In this document: positions 60,045 through 64,000 of the stretch, in pieces | Numbering within the stretch: position 1 is the stretch's first letter | Layout: each line of letters begins with the position of its first letter | NCBI GenBank assembly: GCA_030829985.1 | Contig: JAURNW010000013.1 | Span: 35,469-99,468 of the forward strand | Length of the DNA stretch: 64,000 bases | Source of the DNA: Gammaproteobacteria bacterium | GTDB taxonomy: Bacteria; Pseudomonadota; Gammaproteobacteria; Eutrophobiales; Eutrophobiaceae | Direction of reading: 5' to 3' | The notes under the pieces: model-generated | Database searches by the model: none | Told to the model about the DNA's origin: nothing | What the model saw: only the letters and a program-made list of their open reading frames with translations | Program-made: the position numbers and the translations under genes

Positions 60045-61387
60045 ATAGATTAATTATTTTAGGTCTACTCATCTTCCTGTCCCCCGCTTTTGCTGATGAA
60101 CCAAATGATTTGCAGTCACTATTAGAACAAGTGAAAAATGATCGCTCACAGGAAAAACAGGCTCTGGCAAAACGTGAATCAGTTTTTGCAAATGACCGTA
60201 ATAAACAGAAAGAATTACTCGCTGAAGCATCAAAAAAACTGGAAGAAGTGGAAGCGCGCAGTGAATTTTTAAGAAAAAGTTATAACGGTAATGATATCGA
60301 GATTGCGCGGCAAAACGCCCTGTTAAGAGAAAAAATGGGCGCACTGGGTGAGCTTGATGGCATAGTCAAACAAATCGCAGGTGACCTTGATGTCATAATC
60401 GACACATCTCTGGTTTCCGCACAAAAACCGGGGCGCGATAAAATCTTAAATGTTTTATCCAGTCGTAAAGAATTACCCTCGTTACAGGAATTAGAAGAAC
60501 TCTGGATACTGGCTATGGATGAGATGGTCGAATCCGGAAAAGTGATTACATTCCCCGGCAAAATCGTTACTGCAGCTGGGAATGAAATTGAGCAAGATGT
60601 GACACGCATCGGAGTATTCAATGCCGTATCTGCAGGTCGTTTTTTGAGGAATCTCCCTGAAACAGGCAAATTGATTGAGCCTGGCCGACAACCCGGACAG
60701 CGTTATCTGGATATGGCGCAAGATCTTGAAATGTCTGATGCAGGACTACATGCATTTCCTATCGACCCCACCCGCGGTGCAATGTTGGCACTATTAGTAC
60801 AAGTGCCCGATTTGAAAAATCGTATTGAGCAGGGTGGGCTCGTGGGTTACGTAATATTATTTATTGGTCTGGTTGGAATCTTAATCTCTTTGGAGAGACT
60901 TTTCGTGTTAGTGCTAACTGGACGAAAAGTAAACCGACAACTTAAAAATAAAAATCCTGAAAATAATCCACTCGGGCGCATCATGCAGGTCTATTTAAAG
61001 AATACGAATGTTGATACTGAAACCCTTGGGCTAAAACTGGATGAAGCGGTTCTGAAAGAAATGCCGAAAATACAACGCGGATTAAGCACACTGGCTTTAC
61101 TTGCTGCTGTTTCGCCATTACTTGGCTTGCTTGGAACGGTAACAGGAATTATTGAAACATTTCAATCAATTACCCTTTATGGCACTGGTGACCCACGGGT
61201 TATGTCCGGCGGTATATCACAAGCACTTGTGACAACGGTAATGGGTCTTTTGGTAGCTATCCCACTGCTGTTGTTTCATAGCTTATTATCTTCAAAAAGT
61301 AATACTCTGGTTCAGGTACTGGATGAAAAAAGTACTGCCTTCGTAGCCCTGCTTGCAGAGAAAAACCAGACTAATAACAATGCTTGA
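60041..61387 (+). CDS. Large MotA/TolQ/ExbB family protein (TtpC-like)
   Basis: LPSLQELEELW, VTRIGVFN, IDPTRG, PLLGLLGTVTG and GGISQALVTT motifs. Confidence 0.88.
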   Translation: MNRLIILGLLIFLSPAFADEPNDLQSLLEQVKNDRSQEKQALAKRESVFANDRNKQKELLAEASKKLEEVEARSEFLRKSYNGNDIEIARQNALLREKMGALGELDGIVKQIAGDLDVIIDTSLVSAQKPGRDKILNVLSSRKELPSLQELEELWILAMDEMVESGKVITFPGKIVTAAGNEIEQDVTRIGVFNAVSAGRFLRNLPETGKLIEPGRQPGQRYLDMAQDLEMSDAGLHAFPIDPTRGAMLALLVQVPDLKNRIEQGGLVGYVILFIGLVGILISLERLFVLVLTGRKVNRQLKNKNPENNPLGRIMQVYLKNTNVDTETLGLKLDEAVLKEMPKIQRGLSTLALLAAVSPLLGLLGTVTGIIETFQSITLYGTGDPRVMSGGISQALVTTVMGLLVAIPLLLFHSLLSSKSNTLVQVLDEKSTAFVALLAEKNQTNNNA

Positions 61388-61895
61388 ACAAATGGACATA
61401 ATGAGAGATTTCTTCTCTAAAGGAGGTCCTGTCCTTTCAGGTGTATTTATATTGTCAATATTTTTATGGCTATTAATACTTGAACGATATTATTTTCTGT
61501 ATGTGGTTTACCCAAAACACCTTGAGTCAATAGTGACGCAGTGGCAAGAAAGACGCGAACAATCATCATGGTATGCACTTAAAATCAGAGATGGCCTTTT
61601 GAGTGAGGCATCTATCGCTTTAAAACGTAATCTGATACCAATACAAACATTAACAGGCATTTTACCGTTATTGGGCTTACTCGGTACAGTTACCGGCATG
61701 ATTGCTATATTTGAAGTTTTAAATGTCTTCGGTAACGGCAATGCACGTGGTATGGCTGATGGTATTTCAAAAGCATTGTTACCTACAACAGCTGGACTGG
61801 TTACCTCAATTATTGGTATTTATTTTAGTGCCGATCTCAATAAACGAACTAAAACTAAAGAATTATTAGCCAAAGATTTATTAACACATAATTGA
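61380..61895 (+). CDS. exbB: ExbB family proton channel
   Basis: GGPVL, PLLGLLGTVTGMI and GISKALLPTTAGL motifs. Confidence 0.88.
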   Translation: MLEQMDIMRDFFSKGGPVLSGVFILSIFLWLLILERYYFLYVVYPKHLESIVTQWQERREQSSWYALKIRDGLLSEASIALKRNLIPIQTLTGILPLLGLLGTVTGMIAIFEVLNVFGNGNARGMADGISKALLPTTAGLVTSIIGIYFSADLNKRTKTKELLAKDLLTHN

Positions 61896-62302
61896 TTATG
61901 AGACGCACACATACTAAACAAGAAACTGCAGCAGAGAGCGTTAACCTGACCCCTCTGATCGATATGGTATTTATACTATTGATATTCTTTCTGGTTACGG
62001 CATCGTTCACTAAGGAATCAGGCATAGATGTTGACCGACCCACTGCACAAACGGCCAACCGGGAAGAACATGGCAGCATGATCATTGGTGTCAGCAAGAA
62101 AGGCGATATATGGATAGATAATCAAAAAATAGACTTACGTGCTGTTCGAGCACACGTAGAGCATTTACACGCACAAAATCCGGAAGGAACTGTCATTATA
62201 CTCGCTGATAAAAATGCCCGGACGGGTACTACCGTTGAAGTACTTGATCAAGTTCGTCTCGCCGGCGTATCTAATGTGTCTATCGCTGCTTCAAATGAAT
62301 AA
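61892..62302 (+). CDS. exbD: Biopolymer transporter ExbD
   Basis: NLTPLIDMVFILLIFFLVT and ADK motifs. Confidence 0.92.
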   Translation: MIMRRTHTKQETAAESVNLTPLIDMVFILLIFFLVTASFTKESGIDVDRPTAQTANREEHGSMIIGVSKKGDIWIDNQKIDLRAVRAHVEHLHAQNPEGTVIILADKNARTGTTVEVLDQVRLAGVSNVSIAASNE

Positions 62303-62326
62303 TATAAATTTCGCATTGCGTAAATT

Positions 62327-63007
62327 ATGTCATCCCAAAAACAGAATATTCTGAATGTAATAAAGCTTCCCTCTTTAATGCTAATCGCAATAGTTTTAAA
62401 TATAGCGATATTCATTCTTATTCAACAGTTAGTCAGTAAAGAACACTCGCTCAAATCAGCTTTAACTAATATCAATTTAGTTGAATTTATTCGCCTGGAT
62501 AAAAAACCTGAACCACCAAAACCCGAAAAAGAGATTGAGGAAATTCAGCCACCACCGCCTGAAAAAGAGCCTCCACCACCTGAAATACTTGAACCTGATA
62601 TAAAAAATCTACAACCATCGAAGATGGACCTGTCTTTGCCCAACATTAACCTGCCTTCATCCCTATCAGGAAAACCCTACCTTGGTGCTTCGATGAAAAG
62701 TATGGGGCTTGGAAAATCAGGAAACCCCAAGTTTGACAGTAATGTGGTTCCAACTTTAAGAGTACCTCCGGTGTATCCGATGCGCGCACTACGCAGCGGC
62801 ATTGAAGGCGTTGTCACAGTTGAATTTACGATAGCCATTGATGGTTCTGTAAAAGATACTGTTATTGTGAAATCCACACCTTCTGAAATATTTGACAGTG
62901 CTGTATTAAAGGCCATATCAAAGTGGAAATATGCCCCTGATATTATAGATGGAAAACCGGTCGAAAAACGTGCGCGACAAGATGTGAAGTTTAAATTAAA
63001 ACGATGA
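62327..63007 (+). CDS. tonB: Energy transducer TonB
   Basis: N-terminal TM, Pro-rich linker, PVYP..A...GIEG.V.VEF and KWKY.P. Confidence 0.92.
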   Translation: MSSQKQNILNVIKLPSLMLIAIVLNIAIFILIQQLVSKEHSLKSALTNINLVEFIRLDKKPEPPKPEKEIEEIQPPPPEKEPPPPEILEPDIKNLQPSKMDLSLPNINLPSSLSGKPYLGASMKSMGLGKSGNPKFDSNVVPTLRVPPVYPMRALRSGIEGVVTVEFTIAIDGSVKDTVIVKSTPSEIFDSAVLKAISKWKYAPDIIDGKPVEKRARQDVKFKLKR

Positions 63008-64000
63008 TTATCCTTATTAAAAAATTACTCTACAAACTCACGCTCATTTCTTTATGCGTCTTTTATTCTGTTACGTGGTTATCGGCAGAAGAACAAAAAT
63101 ACTTATTAGATCAAAAAACACATACAGTCTTATCTGAATGTCATCAATATATTGAAGACGGTAAAAATGCAGATGCCATTAAAAAGTTAAAGCAATTACT
63201 CGTTTCAGATAAAATAAAAGATTATGATGCGGCTGTTGTTTATCAAACGTTGGGCTTTGCTGAGTATAATATAGGTAATTTCACTATCTCCGCAGATAAT
63301 TTTATCAAGGCATTATCATTCAAAGCATTGCCGAAAGATGTGACGCATCAATTAAATTACTCTACTTCTGAAATCTTGCTTCAAATAGACAAACCTAAAG
63401 AAGCTTTGCAATATCTATCCAAATGGTTTACCGATGAAGCTACACCTAACGCCGAAGCACATATATTAGCTGCTACAATAAACTACAAAATCAAAAACTA
63501 TAAAGAGATGGTTGCTCATGCGGAGAAAGCGCTGTCCCTTTCTGATGACCCACCTCTGAATTGGTATGAGCTGTTATTAACTGGTTATTACGAAGCAAAG
63601 TCGTATAAGAAAGCAGCGTCACTGGTTGAAAAAATAATCAGCAAAGATCCACAAAAAACCAATTACTGGTTGCATCTGGCAGAGATATATCAGCGAATGA
63701 AACAAGACAAGAAAGCATTAGCTATTTATGAACTTGCCTACACAAAAAAAATATTGAAACCAGATGACGTCCTTAGATTGATTAATAATTACCTTTACCT
63801 GGACATGCCCTACAAGGCGGCTGTTATTCTTGAGAAAGAAATTAACAATGGAGATATACAACCTGATAAAAAAATGCTGACTTTATTAGCAGATAGCTGG
63901 CTGCTTGCACATGAAAATGAAAGAGTAAAAACAGTCTATAAGGAAATTCTTAAAAAATTCAATGACGATAGTACGCGCCTTCGTTTAGGACAACTCTATA
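63004..64000 (+). CDS. TPR-repeat protein (TtpD-like, 3' partial)
   Basis: ATG overlaps the tonB stop; frame open to the window end; signal peptide and TPR-like helices; LDMPYKAA. Confidence 0.8.
   Translation, partial: MIILIKKLLYKLTLISLCVFYSVTWLSAEEQKYLLDQKTHTVLSECHQYIEDGKNADAIKKLKQLLVSDKIKDYDAAVVYQTLGFAEYNIGNFTISADNFIKALSFKALPKDVTHQLNYSTSEILLQIDKPKEALQYLSKWFTDEATPNAEAHILAATINYKIKNYKEMVAHAEKALSLSDDPPLNWYELLLTGYYEAKSYKKAASLVEKIISKDPQKTNYWLHLAEIYQRMKQDKKALAIYELAYTKKILKPDDVLRLINNYLYLDMPYKAAVILEKEINNGDIQPDKKMLTLLADSWLLAHENERVKTVYKEILKKFNDDSTRLRLGQLY

Noticed and set aside
1359-62916. Numerous short antisense or alternate-frame ORFs in the track (e.g. 10076-10558, 43172-43708, 54568-55017)
   Set aside because: They lie within well-supported genes, lack RBS or motifs, and look like shadow ORFs.
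1-64000. Mobile element or prophage boundaries for the catabolic island
   Set aside because: I saw no integrase, transposase, tRNA or flanking direct repeats.

Overview
AT-rich bacterial chromosome segment, most likely from a marine gammaproteobacterium (inferred from gene content and protein similarity). Bases 1-21 kb are mostly housekeeping and cofactor genes: DUF58 plus a frameshifted transglutaminase-like gene, a CMD-Rieske fusion, a CPA2 antiporter, hrpA, a PP2C-FGE fusion, ampG, a CYTH protein and a molybdopterin cluster (moaA-fdhD-mobA-mobB-moeA, moaD-moaE, moaC). Bases 21-31 kb hold H4MPT/methanofuran-type C1 cofactor genes, a pqqABCDE operon (pqqA is missing from the ORF track), folP and pip. 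Bases 33-64 kb form a coherent catabolic island for small oxygenated organics. It contains a PQQ alcohol dehydrogenase with the lanthanide-type DxD motif plus its cytochrome c550, binding protein and SoxYZ-like/MBL relay; acetone carboxylase acxABC; a tungsten-type aldehyde oxidoreductase operon (aorABC plus two small Gly-Gly-terminated proteins); two GAF/Fis regulators, one lacking the AAA+ domain; a PedS2/R2-like two-component pair; and a TonB2-type system. Sigma-54 promoters precede pqqA, the ADH and acxA, and related 17-bp enhancer-like palindromes recur through the island. The best candidate for an undescribed system is a four-gene operon at 46655-49240. It encodes a MotA/ExbB-type channel and a partner with the MotB/ExbD-type TM aspartate but an atypical periplasmic domain, followed by a membrane protein and a lipoprotein. 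All family calls are from visual recognition of motifs; no searches were run.
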